Shown here: positions 37,410 to 47,251 of the stretch, in pieces
Layout: each line of letters opens with the position of its first letter
Numbering within the stretch: position 1 is the stretch's first letter
DNA from: Promethearchaeota archaeon
GTDB taxonomy: Archaea; Asgardarchaeota; Lokiarchaeia; Sigyniarchaeales; SOKP01
NCBI GenBank assembly: GCA_016839555.1
Contig: JAEOUA010000011.1
Coordinates: 192,001 to 256,000 of the forward strand
DNA length: 64,000 nucleotides
Direction of reading: 5' to 3'
The notes under the pieces: model-generated
Databases searched by the model: none
Told to the model about the DNA's origin: nothing
What the model saw: the letters and a program-made list of their open reading frames with translations, nothing else
Made by a program: the position numbers and the translations under genes

Positions 37410-38117
37410 CTATAACATTTTGGGATCTATCATGGGAACAACGAATATATCCCAAACAGGTTTACTATTATAATTCACCTTTTTAACCGCTTTTTTTAAG
37501 CGTTGATGATACATCTTGGGTATTTCCACAACTATATTAACTCGTTCTCCATTACCAACTCTTTCAATTAATGGAATACACCATTTTTGTGGGACATTAG
37601 CATACATTCCTTCAACTAATACTAATTTTTGATATAATTCATACGATTCTTCGCCATATTGATTAATAATGTTATCAATATCTTTCCAGAACTCTTGATA
37701 TGTTTTTGGTATAAATTTTAGAGATTTTTTTTGCTTCTTTAATTCTTCTCTAAATGTATCTTCAAATTTTTCGACAATATCCTTAGCTAATCCGCTTAAA
37801 ATTGGTTCAGTAGAAGCGGAAGACTGGGAGCGGGGGTATTGAATCATTAATGCTACAAATACAAACTCTCCAGAGCTAAATCGTGCTTCTAAATCGCCTG
37901 ATCGCATTAAGCTAACACCAGAAGGAAAATGGATTTCTTTTGCAAAATTATTAAGAGCAACAAGAAATCCACTAAGTAATTGATCATAGGAGTCTTCGGG
38001 AACTGTAATTATCGTATATTTATATAAAAGTAATCCTGAGTCTTTAGTAATTATATAGACTTCTACAGGATTTGATATTCTTTCATATTCAAAATTCTCT
38101 ATATTATTCTTCTCCAT
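37410..38117 (-). CDS. Longin-domain protein
   Basis: VYIITKDSGLLLY...DQLLSGFLVALNNFAKEI...IVEKFEDTF. Confidence 0.72.
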   Translation of the reverse strand: MEKNNIENFEYERISNPVEVYIITKDSGLLLYKYTIITVPEDSYDQLLSGFLVALNNFAKEIHFPSGVSLMRSGDLEARFSSGEFVFVALMIQYPRSQSSASTEPILSGLAKDIVEKFEDTFREELKKQKKSLKFIPKTYQEFWKDIDNIINQYGEESYELYQKLVLVEGMYANVPQKWCIPLIERVGNGERVNIVVEIPKMYHQRLKKAVKKVNYNSKPVWDIFVVPMIDPKML

Positions 38118-38172
38118 TTTTTTAATCTACAATTTTCATATATTTAAAATATTTTTAAAATTTAATTTTCGA

Positions 38173-39420
38173 TTAAAATTTCAGTGTTTTAACATTTCCT
38201 TCCTCATCTATAGATTGAAAAATTATTGGAGATTTTCGTTTTTCGTCTTTTTCATCTACATCTAAAAGCTCTTTCATTAGGTGGAGGACATCCATAACAT
38301 TTACACATGCTTCTGGGGGTATTACTCCTTTTTCATTGATTTTTCCACGTTGGATTAAAATTGCACCAAAAGCAGCAGGGATACCGGTTCCCTCGCCAAG
38401 CCCCATTCCTTTCCCAGCACCTTCAGAGACAAATGAAAACACATAACTTCTATCTTCTTTAGTTTTTTTCTTTTTTCCTTTCACTACAATTTTTACACAT
38501 CCTTTAGGTTCTCCGAAATTAGTTTCTTTTAGAATTTTTTCTCTCTGCTTAATTAAGTATTGAATTGAGAAATCATATGGTTGGATTTCGCGAGGCACTC
38601 CCTCAATATCTTTTACTGTTATAGATTCTTTACTATTGAGCCCAAGAGCATGAATTTTTCTTGTTAACTCATAATATCTTTCGGGAAGTACAGAACCTTT
38701 ATTTGTTACTCTTTGAACTCCTTTAATATACATCGGCAGAGTTATTGGCTCGGGATGAGGATATGGATATACCGTGTATTCTCCAGGAAGGTTTATAAAT
38801 TCCACTTGCTCTATATATTTATTACTTTCTTTTGGCTCAATTTTTTTTGCTTTTCCATCTAAAAATATTGGAATGGGATTTGACATACAATAAAATCTAT
38901 GGCCGATAACAGCGGGTCCTTCATTCGGTTCACCACCGTGAATATGATACATATCAATTGATTCACATTCGTCTAATAAATCGTTCGCAGCATATTTAGC
39001 TAAAACATTCGTAATACCCGGGCTTGAGCCCATACCTATTAAGACGGTGATTCCAGCGTCTTGTGCCGCAGAGTCTAATTCTAATGCATCGTAAGTAGCA
39101 CCAGTATCATCACATATATCGACATAATTGATTTTTTGTTCAATAACAGCTTCAAGAATGGTTTTTTCATATTTATAAAAGGGACCTATACAATTTACCA
39201 CCAAATGCATTCCATTAATAGCATTTGAAATAGAATCTTTTTTATTGGCGTCAACTTTCATAGCTTTTACTTTTTCTCCCAAATTTTTTGCCAAATTTTT
39301 TGCTTTTTCTAAGTTTATATCACCAATTAATACATCCGAAAAATCGGGAGCTTTAGAGAGAATATCAACCACTACCGAACCTACAACACCACAACCTCCA
39401 AGAACAATTACTTTTGCCAT
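38173..39420 (-). CDS. Saccharopine dehydrogenase family oxidoreductase
   Basis: LGGCGVVG, VVNCIGPFY, YVDICDD, GMGSSPG, HPEP, GVIPPE. Confidence 0.88.
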   Translation of the reverse strand: MAKVIVLGGCGVVGSVVVDILSKAPDFSDVLIGDINLEKAKNLAKNLGEKVKAMKVDANKKDSISNAINGMHLVVNCIGPFYKYEKTILEAVIEQKINYVDICDDTGATYDALELDSAAQDAGITVLIGMGSSPGITNVLAKYAANDLLDECESIDMYHIHGGEPNEGPAVIGHRFYCMSNPIPIFLDGKAKKIEPKESNKYIEQVEFINLPGEYTVYPYPHPEPITLPMYIKGVQRVTNKGSVLPERYYELTRKIHALGLNSKESITVKDIEGVPREIQPYDFSIQYLIKQREKILKETNFGEPKGCVKIVVKGKKKKTKEDRSYVFSFVSEGAGKGMGLGEGTGIPAAFGAILIQRGKINEKGVIPPEACVNVMDVLHLMKELLDVDEKDEKRKSPIIFQSIDEEGNVKTLKF

Positions 39421-39594
39421 AAAAACTTCAATATTTGTTTGTTTTTTTTACATTCTATAATATTTGATACAATAATATATTTTATATCTAAGTAAAAAAG
39501 TTGATTTACTTAAAAGAAATTATCAAAGCAAATAAATATAGAATCTGAGAAAAGTATTAGAAAAATTTTAAAAAAATAATACTTAAATAATGAT

Positions 39595-41130
39595 TTAAAT
39601 TTTATATAAATGACTCGCAATCATATCAGATATATGTAGGAATTCGCCCAGCTTATTTGGCTTGAATGGCTTGTATTTAGCCCATCTTCCATGGTGGAAA
39701 ATTATAGCCTGATAAATGTCTTTATCTATCGAAACCCCATACCTCTTTAAAACTGCAAGAGTTTCATCTACATGAAGATCTTTTCCATCGAAGCCAAAAA
39801 TTTCCTTAATTTCATGGTTAATGGCATCTTTTTCATAGTTTGAAGAGTAAATTTTTCTCACTTGGAATTGTTTTCGATAAGAATAATATGATACTTTTCC
39901 CATATCATGAAGGATACAGGATTTCACTACTCGTTTTAGGTCAAGATCTGAATAATTATCAGAATATGGAATGTTATATTGGTCCAAAAAGTCGCGATAT
40001 TCTGAAAAAAGGTTAGGATTTTTATAAAGTACATAAGAAATGTTAGAAACTAATAAAATATGGTCAAATAATCCTCCTCGATAATCACCATGGTAGCCTC
40101 CTAACGCAGCAGGAAGTTTTTTGGACTCTTTTAACATAATTTCTATGTTTTTCATTGCTTCTTCCTCTGTATTAAGCAAATTTAGAAAAAATTCTATGGA
40201 ATGACATTTAAATGGTAATTTATTTTGAATTTCTTTATTACAGAAAAGAAGTTCTTTCTGTTTTATTCTTTCCGTCTTATAATAATCTTTAACTTGAATA
40301 ACTAATTGTATTAAATGATGGAATCCCGAGAAACCTTCTTCTAAGGTTCGTAGTAATTCGTTAAAAGTAATTTGGCGATGAAATTTTCCACTTGTTAATT
40401 GACTAAATAAATAGATAATAAATTTATTCCGAAATTTTGAAAAATTTTTTGGAAAAGATTGATGGCCTCTACGAAATTTCATACTTTTGACTATTATTTT
40501 CAAAATTTTTTCATCAATTTTTTCTTCTAGTACGAGTTCATTTATTTTAGGTAGAATAACAGTTATAGATGTGGAATTAAAGCTTGGATCAAACAAGACT
40601 GCTAAATAAAATCCCAATTTGAAACAAGCTTTTGTGAACTGATGTATTGAGGCATTCTCATTTTTAGAAATATCTTCTTGAATACTTTTTTCTAAATGAT
40701 AAAGAACTCTTGCCAGAATATCATCGTAATCATATTTTATACTTGATATTTCGGGCAATTCTGCTCTTATATCTCGCCCTTCTAATAATTGCGAATTTTC
40801 AGGATTTTTTAATTCTAAAAGGGACCATTTATAATTTGTAAAGGATTGTTGTTTGAAATTTTCTTTACTGGAGTATGCTTCGAGAGAATTAAATCCAATC
40901 CAAATATCATATCCATTGAGGGCTTTTTTCTCATATCTTACATTAGTCCAATTTTTTTTAGGAATAAGGTCTAAGGAGTCTAAAAAAACAATTAGGTCAA
41001 TATCATTTGTAGCCCAATCCTCGGGAAGCGAAGGATCGAAATAACTTCCAATACCATAAATCGCGATGATATTTTCTTTATAGGTTTCTTTTAATTCAGA
41101 AATCAATCGGGTAATAAATGGTTTGTCCAT
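39595..41130 (-). CDS. Pol-beta-family nucleotidyltransferase fused to an HD-domain phosphohydrolase
   Basis: IYGIGSY...NDIDLIV...DIW NTase; helical domain; PAA..YH...GGLFDH...LHDMGK...H...HHG...HISDMIAS HD domain. Confidence 0.85.
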   Translation of the reverse strand: MDKPFITRLISELKETYKENIIAIYGIGSYFDPSLPEDWATNDIDLIVFLDSLDLIPKKNWTNVRYEKKALNGYDIWIGFNSLEAYSSKENFKQQSFTNYKWSLLELKNPENSQLLEGRDIRAELPEISSIKYDYDDILARVLYHLEKSIQEDISKNENASIHQFTKACFKLGFYLAVLFDPSFNSTSITVILPKINELVLEEKIDEKILKIIVKSMKFRRGHQSFPKNFSKFRNKFIIYLFSQLTSGKFHRQITFNELLRTLEEGFSGFHHLIQLVIQVKDYYKTERIKQKELLFCNKEIQNKLPFKCHSIEFFLNLLNTEEEAMKNIEIMLKESKKLPAALGGYHGDYRGGLFDHILLVSNISYVLYKNPNLFSEYRDFLDQYNIPYSDNYSDLDLKRVVKSCILHDMGKVSYYSYRKQFQVRKIYSSNYEKDAINHEIKEIFGFDGKDLHVDETLAVLKRYGVSIDKDIYQAIIFHHGRWAKYKPFKPNKLGEFLHISDMIASHLYKI

Positions 41131-41267
41131 AAAAATTATTATATTAAGAATCTTTTAAATCTAAATAAATTTTGCTTAGAAATCAAAAAATTTTTTTATT
41201 TTAATAAACTAGAGAAACTATAAGCAATTAAAAAATTTCTTTTAATCTCTTAATATAGTGAGGAAAT

Positions 41268-41726
41268 ATGGCACGATTGCACAGTAGGAAAAAAGGAAGA
41301 TCAGGTAGTACAAGGCCTGCACAATTGGAAAAACCCGTTTGGATTGAGCGTTCAGCAGAAGAAGTTGAAGCAGAGGTAATAAAGCTCGCAAAAAAGGGAT
41401 TTACAAAATCTCAAATTGGATTACATCTAAGAGATACATATGGAGTCCCATTAGTTAAAGTTATTACAGGAAAAAAAATAAGTCAAATTCTTGAAGAAAA
41501 CGAGCTTCGAGACCCACTTCCAGAAGATTTAACTAATTTAATTAAAAAAGCCTTAAACCTAAGGAGTCATCTTGAAAATAATAAAAAAGATTTAGAAGCA
41601 AAGAAGGGGCTCAATCGCATCGAATCAAAAATCTATAGACTACTTAAATATTATAAAAACAAAGGAGTAATAGCTAAAGATTTCAAGTACGATTCTGAAA
41701 AGGTAAGAACTTTAGTTGCTAAATAA
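41268..41726 (+). CDS. rps15: 30S ribosomal protein uS15 (S15/S13e)
   Basis: MARLHSRKKGRSGS, IGLHLRDTYGVP, LPEDL, IESKIYRLLKYYK. Confidence 0.97.
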   Translation: MARLHSRKKGRSGSTRPAQLEKPVWIERSAEEVEAEVIKLAKKGFTKSQIGLHLRDTYGVPLVKVITGKKISQILEENELRDPLPEDLTNLIKKALNLRSHLENNKKDLEAKKGLNRIESKIYRLLKYYKNKGVIAKDFKYDSEKVRTLVAK

Positions 41727-41774
41727 TTAAATCTTCTAAAATTTTCACAAATAATCAAAATGGTTTAAGAATTC

Positions 41775-42524
41775 ATGAGTCAAAAGGCAAAGTATAAAGA
41801 GAAGCAATGGTTTGATGTATATGCGCCAGTAAGTTTTAATAACGAAAAGGTCGGGGAGATCATCGGATTAGAGACCACCATTTTAAATAGGACAGTGGAA
41901 GCTCTATTGTACGATTTTACCGATGACTATAACCACATTAACTGTAAGTTAAAATTTAAAGTTATTAATTTGAATCCAAAGGCGAATAAATGTGACACTA
42001 CATTAGTCGGACATGAATATACTAATGATTATGTCAGAAGCCTTGTGGGAAGAGGTGCTACAAAGGTCACCTCTATAAAAAATTATACCACTAAGGATGA
42101 ATATATATATCGCATAACAGTGGTATGTGTTACTATTCGGCGAGCTCGAAGTTCCCAACAAGTTATAATAAGAAAAATTATGAGGGAAGTTCTTCAAAAA
42201 TTTGCTGTAAAGCTTAATCACGATAAATTTATCCGAGGGATGATATTCGGAGAGTTTGAAGCTCAAATTAAAAGGATTGCGAAAACCATTTATCCGCTCT
42301 TCAGTTGTACCATCATCAAGAGTAAATTAATATCGATGCCCGAAGGAGGGAAAGATAAAAAAGTATCTGATGAGGATTTTGATATTATAGAATTGGAAAT
42401 CGATAGAACCCGGAAATCTGAAATAAGACGCTCGGAACGGATAAATGTCAAAAAATACGCGCAACAAAAGGCAAAAGAAGAAGAGAAAGAAACCGAAGAA
42501 GAAGTCGAAGAGGAAGAAGAATAA
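41775..42524 (+). CDS. rps3ae: 30S ribosomal protein eS1 (S3Ae) with acidic tail
   Basis: KQWFDVYAP, NRTVE..L.D, GHEYTNDYVRSLVGR, TIYPL...IIKSKL. Confidence 0.93.
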   Translation: MSQKAKYKEKQWFDVYAPVSFNNEKVGEIIGLETTILNRTVEALLYDFTDDYNHINCKLKFKVINLNPKANKCDTTLVGHEYTNDYVRSLVGRGATKVTSIKNYTTKDEYIYRITVVCVTIRRARSSQQVIIRKIMREVLQKFAVKLNHDKFIRGMIFGEFEAQIKRIAKTIYPLFSCTIIKSKLISMPEGGKDKKVSDEDFDIIELEIDRTRKSEIRRSERINVKKYAQQKAKEEEKETEEEVEEEEE

Positions 42525-42594
42525 ACCAATAATTAAAATTCAAGTTGTAGAGAATATCATCTTTTTTTAAAATTTTTTTTAATGTATTTAAATC

Positions 42595-42620
42595 TATTTA
42601 GGGTTTGAAAATCCTAAATA
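42595..42620. other. Intergenic hairpin/inverted repeat after rps3ae (possible terminator or TF site)
   Basis: TATTTAGGGTT-TGAA-AATCCTAAATA, 11-bp stem with one G-T pair; T tracts precede it. Confidence 0.35.
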
Positions 42621-42756
42621 TCTGCATTTTAACTCATTTTCTTCGGTAATCTTTTTTTCTTCAATCAAAATATAATGTACAGTTTCTTACAAATAAAAGA
42701 TTTTTAAATCTTGAAATGTATAATTAAATTAGGAATCTTAAAAAAGGAAATTAAAT

Positions 42757-44484
42757 ATGTATGGAAAAAATCAAGAAGGGGATCGCGATAATCCATATGA
42801 TTTTGATGATTATCTTTTAGTGAGAGACCAGTTTAATTATTATAAAGATGATGCATTTTTTCAAGCGTTAATTAAACACTATGTTTCAAAAGATGAATAT
42901 GAAAAAATCAATAACGATTTATTGGCATTATCAGATTATGTTTCGTATAAATTTAGGGATCTTGCAGATGCCGCAAACACCCTTGATAAGCGCTTAAAAG
43001 TAACTCAAATTAAACATTATGATGCGCATAACCACAGAATTGACAGAATTGAACGATGTAAGGAAACGGAAACATTAGAAAAAGAGATTTTTAGTCTTGG
43101 GCTATTCGATCCTAATAGAAATACTGCATGGAGTCGATTTGCGAAGTTATTTTTGTTATATCAAAATTCGGAATTTGGTGTGATGTGCCCAATCGCCTGT
43201 ACTCATGGGATGGTAGAGTTTTTACAAAAATATGAAGATGATCTTGACCCTGAAGCTAAAAAAATCCTTTATTCTGTGAGAGATGGTAAAGGGGGCGAAT
43301 ATAAGTTAGGGGCTCAATTTGTAAGTGAAATTCAAGGAGGTAGTGATGTTCCAGCCAACCTTGTTGAGGCGGTATATGAAGAGGATGAGGGAAAGGATGG
43401 AATCTCGAATTGCTGGCGATTATATGGACAAAAATTCTTTTGTTCTGCTATTCAGGCGGATCAAGCGGTTGTAACGGCAAAACCAAAAAATAGATCATCA
43501 TCGACTCGAGTTGCTGCTTTTGTAGTGCCTTCATGGTTGCCAGGAAACAAGCAAAAAGAAATTAGAAATTCATATACAATAGATAGATTGAAACCGAAAA
43601 TGGGAACCTCAGAATTACCCACAGCTGAAGTTACTTATAACGGAGCCGTTGCATATCCTATTGGACCTCTTGAAAAGGGATTAGCGAATGTCGTTGGTAT
43701 AGTCCTTTCAATTTCTAGGCTTCATATTGCATTTGGGATGGCAGCTGCAGCATTACGAATTGCTCGTGAGGCAACTTTATATACTCAATTTCGCACTGCA
43801 TTTGGTGTTCCTGTATCCTCGTTTCCCCTTATGATGAATCAAATAAATGATCTCAACGAATATGCGAAAAGAACCGCGGCGGGAGCCTTTAAAGTATATT
43901 CAGAATATATCCATTTTGATGAAGAACTTATCTCGGGAATTCGGGATCTTCAAAATATTGATGATTTACTAGAGAGGAAACAAAGATTTAGACTAAGAGA
44001 ATTAATTATGCTCCAAAAAATTGTTGTAGCTGATGAATCACCAGCAATGACGCGCATGGCAATCTCTTTCTTTGGAGGGCATGGAGTAATGGAAGACTTC
44101 TTATCTCTTCCACGATTTATACGTGATGCGTTTATCATGGAGTTATGGGAAGGACCTCGGAACGTATTATTAACACAAATGCATAGAGATATGCAAAGAG
44201 TAAGAGATTGGTATCCCCCAGAGGAATTTATAAAAGATTTATTAGAAGGAGCTGAATCTGATGTACTAAACTCCTTAAGCAATAAATATACGAAAATAAT
44301 AGATCATGATAGTCTTTTAAAAGTTGATGAAGAAACGCTTCAAATATGTAGAGACTGGCAAGATGTATCTAACGCTATCTTTAGAGAATATCAACGGATA
44401 GCATTAAAAGAAATGGAATATACGGAAAAACCATTGAAATTCTCAAGCTTGCTAAGAAAATTCAAAAAGCGAGAGAATATTTAA
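42757..44484 (+). CDS. Acyl-CoA dehydrogenase, AidB-like
   Basis: CPIACT, QFVSEIQGGSDV, WRLYGQKFFCS, RLKPKMGT, FFGGHGVMED, ELWEGPRNV. Confidence 0.9.
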   Translation: MYGKNQEGDRDNPYDFDDYLLVRDQFNYYKDDAFFQALIKHYVSKDEYEKINNDLLALSDYVSYKFRDLADAANTLDKRLKVTQIKHYDAHNHRIDRIERCKETETLEKEIFSLGLFDPNRNTAWSRFAKLFLLYQNSEFGVMCPIACTHGMVEFLQKYEDDLDPEAKKILYSVRDGKGGEYKLGAQFVSEIQGGSDVPANLVEAVYEEDEGKDGISNCWRLYGQKFFCSAIQADQAVVTAKPKNRSSSTRVAAFVVPSWLPGNKQKEIRNSYTIDRLKPKMGTSELPTAEVTYNGAVAYPIGPLEKGLANVVGIVLSISRLHIAFGMAAAALRIAREATLYTQFRTAFGVPVSSFPLMMNQINDLNEYAKRTAAGAFKVYSEYIHFDEELISGIRDLQNIDDLLERKQRFRLRELIMLQKIVVADESPAMTRMAISFFGGHGVMEDFLSLPRFIRDAFIMELWEGPRNVLLTQMHRDMQRVRDWYPPEEFIKDLLEGAESDVLNSLSNKYTKIIDHDSLLKVDEETLQICRDWQDVSNAIFREYQRIALKEMEYTEKPLKFSSLLRKFKKRENI

Positions 44485-44712
44485 GGACTTTATCAAATGT
44501 AAATCAAATTCTTTTTTGAAAATTTTTTATTAAGAAAGCTTACTTAAAAATTTAAAGAGATTAATTAGTAAGACAAACAAGTTTGTGAGATGTTTGAAAT
44601 AGGAAAGCTATATTACCTTTTATTTTTCAAAAATGGACTATATTAAATAAATAAATCAGAATTGATTTATTAAAAATAATAAAAATTTTAATAAAATTAT
44701 TTAAGTGAGAAT

Positions 44713-45246
44713 ATGATAACAACAGATTATGAGAAAGTTTTTAGATGCCCTTCATGCGGCTCTCTGGGTGCAATATTTCTCGTAAAAGTGGATGGGGCTC
44801 AAGTTATAATAAAGCAGAAATGCCCCATACATGGCGGGAGGGTATTTAAAGTTCCTTTAAAGGAATTGGAGTCTTATATGAATCTTATTTTAGATGGAAT
44901 TTATCGATGCTATACGTGTGGAGGACCCGCTCTCTTGGGTCCTGTCCAATATAGTGGACCTTATGCCATAATTAAATGTGTTTGTCAAACCACTCATGCA
45001 GGTCAAAAACCTCAAAAAATTTGGAGTACCATTTATTTAGATGCTATTAAGAATCAATTGGAGCGACCAGAACCAGTAGTTCAACAGATTAAAGAAGAGG
45101 AAATTGAAGTAAAAGCACCAGAAATCGTTCCAGAAGAAGAGGAGGAGCCTGTACCAGAAAAGCTTAAGATATGTCCTAATTGTGGTACAGAGCTAGAGGG
45201 CAACGAGAAATTTTGCGGTATTTGCGGAGCAAAATTAACAGATTAA
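44713..45246 (+). CDS. Multi-metal-ribbon protein (two CxxC...CxxH-type modules plus a C-terminal zinc ribbon)
   Basis: CPSC...CPIHG; CYTC...CQTTH; E/P-rich linker; CPNCG...FCGICG. Confidence 0.75.
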   Translation: MITTDYEKVFRCPSCGSLGAIFLVKVDGAQVIIKQKCPIHGGRVFKVPLKELESYMNLILDGIYRCYTCGGPALLGPVQYSGPYAIIKCVCQTTHAGQKPQKIWSTIYLDAIKNQLERPEPVVQQIKEEEIEVKAPEIVPEEEEEPVPEKLKICPNCGTELEGNEKFCGICGAKLTD

Positions 45247-45531
45247 TTTTTTTTATTCTTTTTTTCATTATTTTATATAAAATATTAAAATGTAGAGAAA
45301 AGAAAATGAAACCTAATCGCTATTAATTTTATTGCATGATTTATAAAAAAGAAATTAAAATTCAATTTAATTAATTCAATTACCATTTTTTTAATTAAAC
45401 ATTTTTCTAGGTTAATTAACTGTTAACATTCTAAAAGCTATAACTTTAAATATAATTAATGTTATGTTATCTATGGATAACAAAATTTAAAATAATAGGG
45501 AAAAATATTCAGTTTGGGGGTTAAAAAAATT

Positions 45532-45681
45532 ATGAATCAAATAATAAAATCTAGAGCATGTAGAACATGCCAGAATTATGATTACGAAAAGCAGATATGT
45601 ACATTTTTTAAAAGAAAACTCTCTCCTGATAGTTATTGTGTTATCGATGAGAATAGAGTTTTTTTTGTCAATTCACATTAG
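45532..45681 (+). CDS. Uncalled 49-aa four-Cys protein
   Basis: ATG 45532 to TAG 45679-45681: MNQIIKSRACRTCQNYDYEKQICTFFKRKLSPDSYCVIDENRVFFVNSH; GGGGG upstream and T tract downstream. Confidence 0.6.
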   Translation: MNQIIKSRACRTCQNYDYEKQICTFFKRKLSPDSYCVIDENRVFFVNSH

Positions 45682-45861
45682 TTTTTTTTAATACTTCTTA
45701 TATTTAGTATAATTCTTTAAATCTTAACTAAGATAACCAATAAAAATTAAAAAGAGTTATATATATTTTATTCCAATTGGTTTTATTAAGAAGAAATGAA
45801 GGATTTTTTTGTTTCTAACTTCTAAATACGCTATTAATTATTATTTTAAAAAAGAAGTTAT

Positions 45862-47007
45862 TTATATAGGTGTATCGAACGCGTTTCCTTTATCTTCAAC
45901 TACCCTACCATTAAATTTATTATATTTTTTGTCAAAGCGTCGGTTTTTTTTAATTTGTACCCATCTCTCTCTGTCACCATGACTCCAATGAATATCCGGG
46001 AAGTCGCAATCGGCTGCTATATCATCTATATGAATTCCTTTATGATAGATACACGGTGCACAGTCATCTCTCCATTTTACAAATGCTTTATCATCTCTAG
46101 GACATAAAAATCCTGTTAAATTGAAGAGATACTTACTTAAATGCCGAAATGGATTTAAATCTCCACAAAATTCTTTCTTTAGAATAGTTTCTTGGGAGAG
46201 TTCTTTTTTAAGCTTAAGAAAGACTTTATAAAATTGAGAAAAATTGCCATATGCGACAAAATCTAATGAATAATTATTAATATATCCATATAAAATAATT
46301 ATTTTATGTTTTCTGTTTTTTAAATCATTTATAAAGATTTCTTTGATATTTGTTTCAGCTCTTATCATTGTATTCATTGCGATTGTTGCCAGTTTCGCGG
46401 AAAGTTTTGAACAAAAGACTTCTATCATTTCGTCACTTGCATCCTCATCTAAGTTATCGAAAAAGTCGGCATTATATAATTTCGAAATTATGGGTAGCCC
46501 TTGAGTTGAAAGTCCGCAATAAAGCAATTTATTATCCTTTATATATGGGTATTCCGTAGGGTTGATTCTTTGTCTAATATCCTCTGATTTCAGCTTGTCA
46601 TCATATTGCAATTTTAAAAAATCAGTTTTTACCCCAAGTATTTCATCCATCATCGATCTTACTTCAGGTTGGAGCATGGAGTCTATTGAGCTATAAAATT
46701 GATCTACCTTTTTTTGATAATCTATTAACATCCTATAGCTTTCCTTAGAATCAGGATTGAAATACCCACTTATGCAATAAAAAAGATTGTCACCTTTATT
46801 ATTTACAATGTGTTTTATTATTATGCGCTCTTCATTTCCATCCTCACCTTCGCTATCCCCCAAGTAGATAGAATCTAAACGCCATATATTATTGATACTT
46901 TTCATTAATTTTTCGATAAATAGAATTGTCTCGAAGATATTATATTTCTCCTTATCCGATACGTATAAAATTTCCTCATTTAAGATAATAGCGAAGGCTG
47001 TAATCAT
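45862..47007 (-). CDS. Tandem longin/roadblock-like protein with Cys/His-containing tail
   Basis: AFAIILNEEILY... domain; second domain LSTQGLPII...LSAKLATI...FCGDLNPF; tail CPR...CAPC..H...C. Confidence 0.6.
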   Translation of the reverse strand: MITAFAIILNEEILYVSDKEKYNIFETILFIEKLMKSINNIWRLDSIYLGDSEGEDGNEERIIIKHIVNNKGDNLFYCISGYFNPDSKESYRMLIDYQKKVDQFYSSIDSMLQPEVRSMMDEILGVKTDFLKLQYDDKLKSEDIRQRINPTEYPYIKDNKLLYCGLSTQGLPIISKLYNADFFDNLDEDASDEMIEVFCSKLSAKLATIAMNTMIRAETNIKEIFINDLKNRKHKIIILYGYINNYSLDFVAYGNFSQFYKVFLKLKKELSQETILKKEFCGDLNPFRHLSKYLFNLTGFLCPRDDKAFVKWRDDCAPCIYHKGIHIDDIAADCDFPDIHWSHGDRERWVQIKKNRRFDKKYNKFNGRVVEDKGNAFDTPI

Positions 47008-47251
47008 TTTGACTTATTAAGAATTCAGTAGTAATCTACTATTAATAAAAAAAAATAATCAATCATTAATAAAAAATATTCTTAAATATAAATATATTGA
47101 TTTTCTGTTTTTTTATTCACCTACCTTTTAGGGAAACTTAGGAAATATTAGAGTCTGAAAAATGAAATATTATTATATTAAAAGGCTCAATTTTTAATAT
47201 GAAAAAAGTTTTAGTTTAATAAGAAAAATAAAACAACACAGAGATTTTTAA

